Assembly (NCBI GenBank): GCA_000934665.2 | Contig: KZ538146.1 | Span: 62,001-117,992, forward strand | Origin: Catajapyx aquilonaris | Taxonomy: Eukaryota | Direction of reading: 5' to 3' | DNA: 55,992 nucleotides | In this document: piece after piece, positions 23,553 to 36,600 of the stretch | Numbering within the stretch: the stretch's first letter is position 1 | Layout: each line of letters starts with the position of its first letter | Program-made: the position numbers and the translations under genes | The notes under the pieces: model-generated | Told to the model about the DNA's origin: nothing | Database searches by the model: none | What the model saw: the letters and a program-made list of their open reading frames with translations, nothing else

Positions 23553-26500
23553 ACCCCCAAGGACATGGTACACGTAGACGGTCACGTTAGAAAATTATTT
23601 TTCCGCCATTTAGTCATGTGACAAAGTAGGAAATGTCAGTATGCATAAGGCGTAAAAGTGTTGTCTCTGGCCCTTGACAGTTTTATCACCAACTTGGTAC
23701 CAAAACTACCTGGAACAGATTATATAGAAGGAGGTTCTAGAGCACATTCTGGTACAACTACCGGACTATCTGGGTTTTCGAAGACACAATTAACTTGAAA
23801 AAAAAAATGTGCGTGACTGGTCTATGTTAATGGGAGCGCAACTAACTGAGGGCTGCTTATACGACAAATAAAGGTGCGTGGGCGAAAGAAGCATAGCCAG
23901 TTGTGAAAAAAAGAGAGAGATACCAACAAACGGTGCGGAACCAGCCCTGGGCTTAAATGCTAAGGTAAAATGGCTGACTTTCGCTGAGAAGCACATACCA
24001 TGCACACTCATCTATCTTTTCATCTATCTCTAGACCCAGCCTGGTACCACTACCACCTGTTTTTGTTGTTGTTGTTTCTTTCCCTGCCTTACTCGACACA
24101 AACATCTACTAATGACCCCTGCTGGTACAGCAGCAAATTCCATAAAGTCTTTGTCGAGAAGCATGGGTTGAAATATTGCACAGATTAGCCTAGAGGCAAG
24201 CCCTTGCAGTAGTGTGAGCTAGGAATTCCTCTCCATGTGCCAAGGCCAGCAGCACTACACGTACAGCCTTGTGGGTCCACAGGCTCTTTTCGAAGGGGCC
24301 TTCTGAGCAAGGAGATTGCCATCGCCTGCCCACTTTTTATTTTTTTCAGTTTTTTGTTTTTTTGTTTCAGGAAGCATGCTTGAGAGGGAGTGGCGAAAAC
24401 ACTCGTATAGGGACTCACTTATGGCGTTTGATTTCTGTTGGTGCCAATTCTTATCGGTTGGATTCAATTAGAGCCTTCCTTGGCCGCCGGGTGATCAGGT
24501 TTTAGGAGGAAAAAGGTTTCGCGGGTCTAAATTTAAAGGTCGATTCAAGGTGAGATCAGAAGGAAATACCTGTTGATTATTTCATGGGTTGTTTATGTAT
24601 AGCAATGATGAGATGTCCAAACTGTGCAGTCATACCAGTCGGAACTGTGGTGACAGTGGTGACGGATTTATGGCTGGAGAATGTAAATCATAAGATGACA
24701 AGGCGGTGGATGTAAAAGAATACTTGCACAACAGGGTGGGTCAGTGATTGAGACGTACACTCACAGGGTGGCATTATTTGGTTGAAATGCAGGTCGACTG
24801 GCGAAAAACATCGCATAAAGATCGCTTGACCAATCATCTGGCATTGAAACGCGAAACAGTTTTTGAAAGTAGGTCTTTTCAGCAGAGCCTTTATTTTTAT
24901 TTTTTATTATTACTGCCTCGACCTCAGTAATCATGGAGCCTGTAGCTTATTCATGACGTCATTGTTCCTTCCAAGGCAATATCACTTCCAAGAAAACCAT
25001 TACTTTTCTGCACTAACTAATGGTATAATGTAGAAGTTATAGCAATCAGGCCACAATTTTCAAACCACATTTAGCTGTCTAATAAGTATCATTATAAACA
25101 ATGATACTTGAAGTATAATATTTTCATTATTTTGTTGATTTGTTCCGACAAAATATTGGCCTATTAATTGATCTCGTAGATAAACAAATCCTGTCACAAC
25201 AACACGGAAACATGTGTTTAGATAGGAATGGGCGAATGGCCAATGAAACGCCAATGAACTGATTAACCTTTTCAGCACTGTGTAAGTAGAGTATGTGCAG
25301 CGATAAATTTCAAAGGCATCATAATATCAAGGGTTAATTGTTCAGGATAGAGCATAAATGCTGACTGTGAGTTTAATTTGTGTTACATTATCGTAGAAGG
25401 TACTATAGGTCAGACTCTGTGAAAATATTTTATCACCCACTCCTGTAAGGGCTAAACTATAAGTGCTTGGTGCAATGATTAATTATATATATTTTTAGTG
25501 TATTACATCACGTATATCCTAGTAATGGGCATCTCCAACAAGAATATGCAGAGGTCACTAACAACAGAACTAAACTAATGGCAGGCTACACTAACACTGT
25601 GAGGAGTAACAAGATACAGTGGGTGCTATTATATCTTTGGCAATACTTTCGGAAATCTCTGAGCGATGTTTTTTTATTGATATAAGAAGAATGTGCGTCA
25701 TCAAATAAGCCCATTAAAACCAGGCAAATTGTCTTAAGAGCCATTCCACAAGTTTTAGTCAATAAAAAAATATTTTATGATCGTTTAAATAATATAAAAA
25801 TAGCAGACATGCTCAATCTAAATATAATATTTACAAACCCGGCCACATAAAATACCGATCGTGATTGAAAAGCACTGATAGAAAAACAGTAACTTGTATT
25901 GCTACGGTCATGGTTCCATATGCGATATTTTGTTCTCACATAAGTAAGCTCTGTCCAGTATTCCTGCAATTAAATTGTAACCGTGAAACAGTACACCTAT
26001 CCCATAATAATAATTGCATATAATTATTGACCCCAAATAGTATACCGTACTGTCATATTGTACTGTACCTCATCTTAACCTACCCCTCTCTTATTTCTGA
26101 ACCTCTGACATTTAAGCACCACTCTTCATTACGGCTCGCTTTAAAACCAACAACGGCAACCAGGTTTCCTTACTAAGTTGCAGTGATGCAACAAACCGGT
26201 AATATTTATTTCAGTCACAAGCCACGCAATGTCACAGCAACCATCGGTAGTCATGTATTGGCATATTAATCGTTACGTAAAAATCATAGTTCAAGGCAGC
26301 CCAATGTATTCCTGTTCAACAGGCTGATTATACACTTGCGGAAATATGAATTTGTACAAATGCCACTTGAAAGATTATGAAAAAAAAAATATTTCTCTAA
26401 GACACTTGAAGGCTAACATTTTATGTGCCAATAAGCTCCGAATGTGTAGGCCTTTTTCTTTTCTTTCCGAGGCAAATTGCAACTGAGAGTGAAACCAACG

Positions 26501-27580
26501 GTGGCTAGCGGTAACCAAGAGAATGCCTTGTCGCTTTCTGTACAATGCAGCTCAAGGACAACCAGAAAAGCGGAATCGGAGAGAAGACACGCGCTCAAGT
26601 AACCGTTATTGCCCTTCCGTGACCCATCATTATTTCCCCTTTTACGCAAGAAAATGTTAAAATGTGAATCCCCCCCCCCNNCCCCCCCCCCCACCGATAA
26701 GTTGCATCGCAAGTTTGAAAGTTTAAGTGTTTGAGTCGTGCAGTGTGGTATAATTCCAAGAAGGTCGGTTTTAATGTGGGTCTGGTCGAGTTGACCCTAA
26801 TGAGAGAGTTGGGAATAGATTATGGCTATGAGATTATGTAGGACTCCGGTATATCAACATGGTGAAAGGTGCGTTTTAACTACTTGCTCATCATTAGACA
26901 CCGGGTGTAAATCATTATCTGTTTGTGCTGGTCGGGATATTTTAGGGCACATATAAAACAGTGAGGCCACCAATACATGGTTTTACTCGAGCAAAAATTC
27001 TGAGGATATTTTGATTGAACTTTTGAACTATGCCCTACCCACACTCGGCTGCGTTTCGAAATGTGAGTTTTTCTCCTCATAACACGAAACTGTCAATTCT
27101 GTGAGAAACGTCACAAATTTAGCACAAACCAACTTCCTTGTGAACTTCACGCCGAAATGGGATTTCTAGAACTCCACTTGTGACACCATGTAATAACAAT
27201 ATAGCCAGATCGACAACTAAGAACCAGGAGGTAAAAAAAAATATTGTCCATATTTAGAACTAAATTTTTGTGACATGATGCAAGTGGGTGTGTATGAGTT
27301 AGAGGGCGGAGATATAGGCGGTGGTTAGGGGTAGGAAAGTGAGTTCCAATGGGAGGGGAAAGTGCTGGCAAGTTGGCAACCTCTGCTGGCAAGTTTGGGG
27401 AAGTGTGCCGTTTACCATGGCTTTCTTGGCATGCCTCTTTACTTCTTACTTGTCGGCTGGCTGCACATTCGGACAGATACACCGGAGAGGAGGGGTGGGG
27501 GGGACCTAACCCTTCTTTTTTTCTCTCATACTGAGACCCCCTCGACCCATTTGCTCTTTCTGTGCAGGTTGGCAGCCGCC

Positions 27581-27617
27581 ATGACTGGAAGACATCTTCC
27601 CTGGGGACCATGCTTAG
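27581..27617 (+). CDS. Gene 3 start exon (coding part)
   Basis: Acceptor ends at 27567, GCCGCCATG, donor TTAG|GTGAGT phase 1. Confidence 0.75.
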
Positions 27618-30600
27618 GTGAGTATTTGTTTCATTCTACTATTCAAATCCATGTTGTACCACATTGTAGCCAAGTGCTTGGATGCCTGGAGTTTTATTGC
27701 TTTTTTAGGGTTTGAAGTAATGGAGGAGTGTGATGTTACAGCCAATCACTAGTAATAAGATAATGTTTTGTGTGACCGAGTTTTTAAGTGTGTCAAGCGT
27801 TTTGGCCACTGTGGCAAATCTAAACCGCTGCATGATATTGCGGAGTATTAGAGTTGTTCAAGCGCAATTTTTAGCTTGCCAGAGAGGCGTACCAACACGA
27901 GAAATCCATTAGCCAAGGAGAATCATGTTAACCAAATATTAATGAATCATTAGAGACAATATTTCAGCTATATAGTTATCAGCATTGTTTTGTGAAGGCT
28001 ACTAAAAACGCGTACTGTACCACATCAATTGCGTGCTGACTAGATGAGCAGCTTCCTTATTACAATCTAGTGGCACATTAATTAGGAACAACATAATTGC
28101 ATTGTGGTTAAACAACAAAATGATTAAGGTCAATTAAGTGTGAATACAGTGTTAAAGCAGTATTTCAATAGAAAAGAAGCAGTTATGCGGAATTTGACTC
28201 AAAAACGCACACACGCAATCGTGGCAGTACAGAATTTTCACTAGTCTCACTTTTCGTATGCAGTACGAAAGCAGCAAGACGTAACACCATAGAACACGCA
28301 TGACTAAAGTCGCGAAACATAGATTCTGTTACACATCAACAGTCATAAACCTATTTTTTGGAAAAAGTCTGATATATTCAAGGGCTAAAATCCGGTTAGC
28401 TTGGTCACTTCACGTTCATCCATCGTATTTTAAAAAGAGCGGAGTGTAAATCCAAAGATTATATACAAAAACTTGTATATCCCTAATATCCTTGTGATGC
28501 AATAAATTACTTAAAACTACGTAAGTGGGGAGAGGCTCAGTGCACCACCTACAGGAGATTTATTGCTTTGTAATAAGTTGTTGACTATTTTGTAGAATGT
28601 TTTGTATACACACCGGTGTAGTACTACCGTTATATTTTGCTTACGTAATTATTTACGTTTCAAGGTTAATGTATAGCCGTGTGACAAGTCGGCATGTAAA
28701 ATACAAATGTGAGAATATAGCAATGATGCATCGTTCAAACCGGTATTCTGTGGTCGTGCAAGGGTGGTCTGCAACATGTCAACATGTACGGATGTAAGGG
28801 AAATGCTGAAAGAGAATGTGTAATTATTGTTCGGTTTCGGTACAGCTTCGGGTACAGCTCTACCTAATGGACCAAACTGGTTGATATCAGAACGGCAGAT
28901 GGACCAATAAAAAATTTAATAATGGATCCCACTTGCCATAAGGTTAGGTGCCAGCCGAGACCAGGAAACTGGGTGGGGTGGAGGGTAGCGGCGATTTGAA
29001 GCAATGATATAACTTGGTTTGCACGGTTCATTCAAGGGTACTCTAAGGGAACATTGAAAGGGGGTCGATTTGCCAATGAAATTTTCCATCGCATACCGCA
29101 GCCATTTTATGGCAGATTAATCGGATACCGGTACGTACTTGGTCCAGCAGTAAGTGAAACAAGTGTCTCAATGTTCTCCTGAATAAATTGTTAAGTTCAA
29201 GTCACTTTTTTGCTGTCTTGACTGTTTGGGCCAAAATTGGCGAGTGTGTGGTCGGATCCGGAATTTTTACTGGCACTACTCTCGTTCTGATATGAACCAG
29301 ATTTGGTCCCAGGATAGATGAGACCTTGCTGAAGCACATGAATTATATTTCCTGGATTTATTTGCAATCATGTTGACGTACGGTTGACTAGTCGAGTTTG
29401 ATTAACCTTGTCATTGCTTTTGGACTGTAAAATATTACGCGCAAATAAATATTTACAGAGTAGGTTTTACTGAGCTTGGAAGTAATTGCATTAGTGATTG
29501 ATGCAATATCCCCCCCTAAAAATCATTTTCCCACTTTTGGCATGAAAGTCGAACTATGCAATATTATATCTTCAACAATCCCTAGTCATTATAATGAACA
29601 CTCCTGCGCTCATTACTGATCGGAAAGTAGCTTCAAATTTTTCTTAGAAGTCCTCACAGCCTTGACCCAAAAATAAGAGTTCGCTTTTAACAAAGTACGA
29701 TTTCGCCTGCCCAGTTACTGTCTAGTCTAGAGAGTGATATTATTTTCATTTAGGTTTCTCCATGATAAACGTTTACATGTATAGGCCTATATATACCGGA
29801 TAATCGCAAAAACTATTTTGAAAATTCTGCAATACCCAAATCAATTTTTCTTGACGTCGTTACTTACATTCCCTTCATATTGTAGAACAACAATATTCCA
29901 GATATTATATTGCAGAATAAAATAAAATGTCCTTCTGCACGAGTTCAGCTCACAAGGGCAACTTATCAGAAGAGGCCACAGTTCCCTTGTAATTTGGTTC
30001 TTACTAATAAGTAATAAAGTACAACAACCAGAATAACGATTTTTAAATGTGGAAAATTTGCTGTGATTCGTATTAACTGCTGGTAGGGAATCGTTTAAAA
30101 CGGACTTTCTGCCAGACACTTTTGAAGTGTCTGGAACTATTCATTATAGCCAAACCAATTTTATGGTGCCTGAGAGGAAGATTGACTTTATTATAGCAAT
30201 TATATCTGAAACTGGTTGATTGTTCACTCCAATTTGCATTAAACTCATTCCGGTCAAAATACTCGGTCGGAACAGAAGATTACAGACACACCCCCTGATT
30301 ACAAGTTGTTACCGACCGGAACTGTCAGGTTAGCTTATTATGGCCGAGTAGAGCTGTCTTCATCCTTGCAGTTAATTAGTGAGATTTGCCATGCCTCAAG
30401 ACGATGACAATGCTCTCATTATGGACAAGTCCGCAGTATAATCTGGTAGAATGTTATTCAACGTGCAATGAAACAATCATTATTTTTATGCAATGCATCC
30501 ACACATTATTACACTACAGAATGAGCTAAACCCCACTCAGACACGTTCTTTCGTAAGTCCTATAGAAAAGAAATATCGTCATAATATAATGCTATTTTTT

Positions 30601-33600
30601 GAAGTCTTTACAACCATAGAACTCTTGGCAAAATATGTGCTAATTGTTGCATCAATAACTGCATGGTTCACTTGTCCATAGACTACGCAATTTGTGCCGT
30701 ACCATATAGGCTTCTACCAGTATGACGACATCACAACACACTCAACACGTTACGAAAGTGTAGAAGCAACAGGTACTAGAAGTGTTCTTTTGTAGGCCTA
30801 CATCTTGCCAAGAATAACGAAACACATTATTATTATTAATAATAATATCATCATTACCACAGTCGATGTGGAGTTATATACAGGGTGGTACATTTCCCAT
30901 ATTTCTAGTTCAATTTATCCAACCCACAATGTGGGACTCAATACTTGGGCAGTGCACCACTTATCAACAACTATTGGATAGCTACTTTTCGTAACATACT
31001 GTTATAACTTAAGTTAATACCGTAACTTTCCATTGACAAAAAAAAGTGCATTTGTGGTATTACCATAAATATCGGGAGGGGTGAATTTCGTCCTTGAACC
31101 TGAATCCTGGTCTTCACATTTCACGTCGTCAACTACTCCGGGCCTTCAGTTTTAACCTTGAAACAATTGTGCCTCACCTTGGCCAGTGTTTAGAATTCCT
31201 GAACATGCACCTGCTCCTTAATTTCACTGACCAAGAATCTGCATGATAAACAAGAAACATTGCTCAATGAGTAGCATCACACCATTGCCTCTTAGACACG
31301 CACTACACACGACAGCTCTAAATTGTCGAATCGCCTCAGGCTGACATTATTGTTTGCATGCACGTCCCAATCTACAATTACTCCTTCCGCGTAACTACCA
31401 CCTGCCAAAAAAGCCGGTTGTAACTTGCGAAATGACGGGACCAATGAAGTGCATCGTTTAACCCTCTTTCCGGTGAAATTCTCTCAACTCAACAATTCCC
31501 AGAAGCAGAAAGCTAGCAAACTTATGTCCCTTTAAAGTACCTGCTGGAAACATATCCCTTTCACCTGATCCCCTCCCCAAAAGACTAACGGGTCTTATTT
31601 TGGCAACAAACAAACCCAGAGACAACAACTATAGGGTGGGCCCAAAGGCGCTCAAGGTCGGCCAAGACCGTAGTGTTGACCAGTGTTGATTTCCCTCAAC
31701 TGCCCTGCTTTTCTTAGAGAAACCCGTTCAAAATTTTGACGTCTCCCAAAAGGACGGAGAAAGTGCTGGAAAAGGAGATTCCCCTAGATTAGGCCTACAT
31801 AGCCATAGATGCGGACACTTCCAAAACCGCCATCTTGTCTTCCCCTTCTCTCCTTGATGAAGGAGAGTGAAAGTACTTTGCCAACATAGACAAATAATGG
31901 CCAGACTGCCTCTCAACGCCCATACCCTAATTGCTCTTAGACAATTGGGATGACTGCACCTACAGTACAAGTGTCTATTGAATGTTTCGAATATTTGCTA
32001 TATTACCAAAGGGGACCTCGGAACAGTGCATGTCAATATGTACATGTACAGTACGTATACTGTGGTCAGAAAAGCAGATAGTCACCTAGTAGCATCTCAA
32101 AAGATAGTGGCACCTAAAAATTATCTATTAATTTTAACCATTGAATTATGCAATTAATGCTGATTTTCTGTTTTGCGGATTATTATAATTTCCATATATT
32201 AACAAAAAAAATTAACATGTACATTTTAGTGATAACTTGCTGATAGGACCATCTAATGGACCACCTGCTAAGATCACGATTCGTATTAAAGATTGCTGGT
32301 GTTGATTTAGGTTACCATGTTGGGATTGCAGAAAAAAAATGGGGAGAGAGAAAACATGACATAACATATAGGGAAGGTGGGCGTTGCTAGTAGAGCGTTT
32401 GAATATGCCTTTGATATTCGACTACAGTGAATCATGCTCGATAAAGAGTCGCTTCTACTACATTACGGACACAACTAATGTGATTCTCGGCGACAGCGTT
32501 CCTTGAGTACATAATCGAGTCTGGACTGGAATGAAAGTTTAGCTTGTGATTTGTAGTCAAGTCGTGCTACACGTCTGGTAGTTCAGAGAAGACGTAATAG
32601 TAAGAAAAGTGGAAGGCTACCTTGTGGCTTACAAGGGGGGAAAAAATGAGAGACGCCTCTCTCAAATTCCTGTTACTGTGTTAGGCTGTGTGGAGATCCA
32701 AAAATATTTTAAGCAGGAGCAATTTTCAAAATGTTACAGAGTAATTAAGCTCCATTTGTAAAAGGTTAATCAAAATATTTGCTTTGATGTGGTGAACAGA
32801 TTGTATGTACAGTACTTATAATTAATAATACGCGTTTTATTATTACCAAACTGAGAGATATTTTTCAATAATTATTATTACATGTAGGAGATTTTTAAAG
32901 TGAGAATTGTAAATATTATCGATTTTTCAATGCATTTCCATGAAGAATATTTCCGACGTGTCAAGTTTCACCTTATAAAACTACAAATATATTGTTGAAA
33001 TAATATTATTGCATGATAGAAACAGAGGTCTATATCATTTCGGGGTTTTATACTGTAGCATCCTGAAAAGTGAACTGCTTATCAGATTCAGGATAAGAAC
33101 AAATGTTTTAAAGGAGCACACAGCAGTTTGATTATTGAATGTCATCCGACTTCCAAGCAGGTCTAAACAATGGGGTGTACTAGTACAAGTACACTTTCAT
33201 AATGATGTAACGTTTGAACTTTTCACCCACCTCTTTTACCACCCATTATTTCAACTCTGCATCATAAGTCTTACACAAACGACCTCCATATTACCACATG
33301 CCCATCCCAGTCACCTTTCAACCTTCCATCCTGTCATATTATCATTCATACATTTCCATCAATCAATAGTTTCTCTAGCGGGCATTGAACCTCTTCTAAG
33401 AAAAGGGCGTCAAGTGTTACTTATCCGTTGTTGTTTTTTCACGTGAATGTATAGGGATGGCTGAAACATTATTGTAGCATGTGACGACTTTCTCTGAAAC
33501 AATTCTTGATTTTACAGGTATACTATTGTTAGCGTGCACCCTAGCTCAGAACAAAAGTGAGGATGGTAGTGCCCCAGCAGACATTGACGACAGCACCAAC

Positions 33601-36600
33601 AGTACCAACAGTAGCAAGAAATCCCTGCTGACAGGTGACCCTCAGAAAGATTACATCCACGACCCCAACCTTCCTCGAGAGCTGAATGGATACAACCTAT
33701 CCAACTACCCATTCTACAAAAGGATCCCTGGGGGAATCGATTTCAAGTGTGAAGGCTTACACGACGGCTTCTATGCAAGTGTGCCCCACAAGTGCCAGGT
33801 GGGGAATGCTAACCTACTAAGGTCTGCACAATGCGAGACAAGAACCAACCTTCTCCCTTATACCTTTATTACGCTCCTGACTTCTTCTTTTCGCATGTCG
33901 ACCCTAATAATAACGTTGTCTCAGTTATGCGGATCTCAGTTTAGATCCTGTATGCAAAATAGTGCTAAGTTGGCTGGAGAGCCAAACACGCAATGATTCA
34001 GTGAGGATATTTGCACACTGGAATATTTCTAGCCATTTTCTATTGGCCCGTCCATCTAAGCATTCCGGTCACTGGCCTCACGTCCTTGTCCATTCGAGCC
34101 ACGAGCTCCTGACTCCCAAATCATTTCTTAGCCACCACCTTCCAGCCATCATCTGTCTCGTTTAGCCAGATTCTTCTCACGACCTCATCTTCCAGAGTTC
34201 GTTTCAGTGTAATGACCCGCCTTTTTTTAAACGAAAAAAAGAGAAATATTCGTGATTATTTTGTGTACGTAGAACAGCCTTCCGGACATAACAATAACTA
34301 TTACCTCAACAATTTACTCCCTTAAAACGTCCCCGTAGCTCAGTGGTAGAGCAGAATCCATCTTTGGATGGGCACGGTCCCGGGTTCGATTCCCGGCGGG
34401 GACCCAATCCTGCTTTGTGTGATGTTCGGAAGCTGCGCTACGACACGCAAGCCTACAATCATACTAATGTATTTTCACGTGGGGGAAGTAAGCGGGTTAC
34501 GAGGAGCAACTTCTACAGCTGGGTAGCAATTAGGTAGGAGTCGACATGGAGTTAAACATGGTCTAATTTTACTTGTCGACACAAAGACTAAAAACAGTAA
34601 CCGAAAGGTTCATTTCTTCATCACTCCCATATTTGATATCACCAGATGTAAAACTCTAGCGGTTTAACCAATCAGTTGGATGCCTCAGTACTTGTGTTTT
34701 CGTTATTTACTTCTGCTCAGGTTTACCATCACTGCCTTCGCGAAGTGAGATACGACTTCTTGTGCGCCAACTACACTGCCTTCGACCAAAAGAACTTCAT
34801 ATGTCACTTTGCATCGGAAGTCGACTGCAAGAATTCTCCTAAATACTATGTCAGGTAAGCTGATGGGCGTCTCAAAGGCTTTCATAAAAAATACAGGTGA
34901 TAATGATTTCACAACTAATATTACAGGAACGAAGAGTTGTACAAGGAATCGTCTCCTACGACAACGAAGCCACCACCTCCACCTCCAATTAGTCGCCGAG
35001 AGAGGTACCCAGAAAGGACTCGTGGTGGTACACGCCGTCGACGTCCCATCCGCCCACGCCCAGAGTACTACGATGACTACTATGATGACGAATATCTCGA
35101 CTTTTACGATTATGAGGTGGACAACTCACCTCCGGTACACAAGACCAAAAAGCAGCGTGGGCAGGCAGCAACCGCCGCTCCTAAGGAGGAAGATATCAAC
35201 CACCAGGACACTTCTTCGCCTGGTTCATCGGCCTCTGCTGCTTCCAGACCTATAGCGCCATCACGAGAGTCCCTATTTGTCAGACAACGGGCACCACCCA
35301 AAATCAGGCCTCCGGTACCTCTTTCTGAGAGGGAAAGATATGATCGGCTACAGGGCCGACAGCAAGAGAAAAGTGATGATGCCAAGCAAGTCACCACTGC
35401 CAAACCCCAGCCAAAGACTACAACTCAAGCACCACAACTAGACTACGACGACCAATATAGCGATGAAGTCTTCGAAAAAGAGGTTTGTTCAGAGGAGATA
35501 ACTGCAGTGGACAAACTTATGATTTTTTTCTCATATGGATTTTCGGCAGGAGTCAACGACCTGAGTATTTGCGTTGATAAAGATTTGCATTTCAGGTAAG
35601 CAAACCCAAGGAAGTTGTCCCTGAGGCTGTGAACTCGCGGAGGAAGACAGGTCATTCTCAGCGTCCTAAGCAAACCCCGGTGTACGATGATGAGGAAGAG
35701 GAACTTCCCAGAGACTCGAAGCCATTGGCTACTGACGCTGATTCTGGAAACCACAGACCCCGAAGACCTTTCCAAAGTACACCTACCAGTACCGGCCAGG
35801 GATACGGAAGCAGAAGACGATTCGGCCAACCATCAGATCGCGAAGAGCAGGTATACCACTATTATGATAACTGAGTTTCTATTAGCTCGTAAATTAATAT
35901 CGAAGCCATCCTAATTTAGTTACTTTTAGACTTTTTCGAGAGAAAAAAAGTCTTAAAGAACGGCTATAAGATTTTTTTTCGATTTTCGGGTTCCGGGTTC
36001 ACTCTATCCGCCCCTTCCCCCTGGTTGCCCCCTACCCCCACCACCCCTTTCCCCCACCACCGCCTACCCCTGACCGCCCCCTCCCCCAGATCACCCTTTC
36101 CCCCGTCCCTCCTCCTACCCCCTAATACCTGATACCTGTCCACAGACGGACGGACGGACATAGCCGTGCTATAAGACTTTTTCGATGGATGAGAAAAGGT
36201 CTAAAAGATGGGTTTGATATACGAGGATAGATTTTTTTAAAGGGGAAAGGGGCGGTATGGGAGTATGAGAGAAATTGGTCAGTCCACTTTTGGCCGAAAA
36301 TGAGTTATGGGTGGTTTCAGTTTCAGTCCCAGTTCCGTGACGGACGTTAGGGACAATAGCAGTAAACATGAAAAAGTCTACTCTAATGATGCACACGTGA
36401 TTTGCCAATCTTGCTTACATGAACACATTGAAATCTCACCCAGAATCCAGTCAAGGAAGAACCTCCAGAAGTGACCGATCCTCCTCCGAGACCAAGCCCA
36501 CGACCTAGTCATAACCGTGGACGGGGCAGACCCCGTCCTGCCACCAGCTCCACAGAGACACCCATCTCTAACGAAGCAGTTGAGGATGACCGATACCCCA

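Noticed and set aside
23247..23621. Repeat-protein ORFs or a CRISPR array
   Set aside because: Contiguous tandem units without unique spacers; open frames result from a 30-bp stop-free unit; no splice or domain support; eukaryotic context
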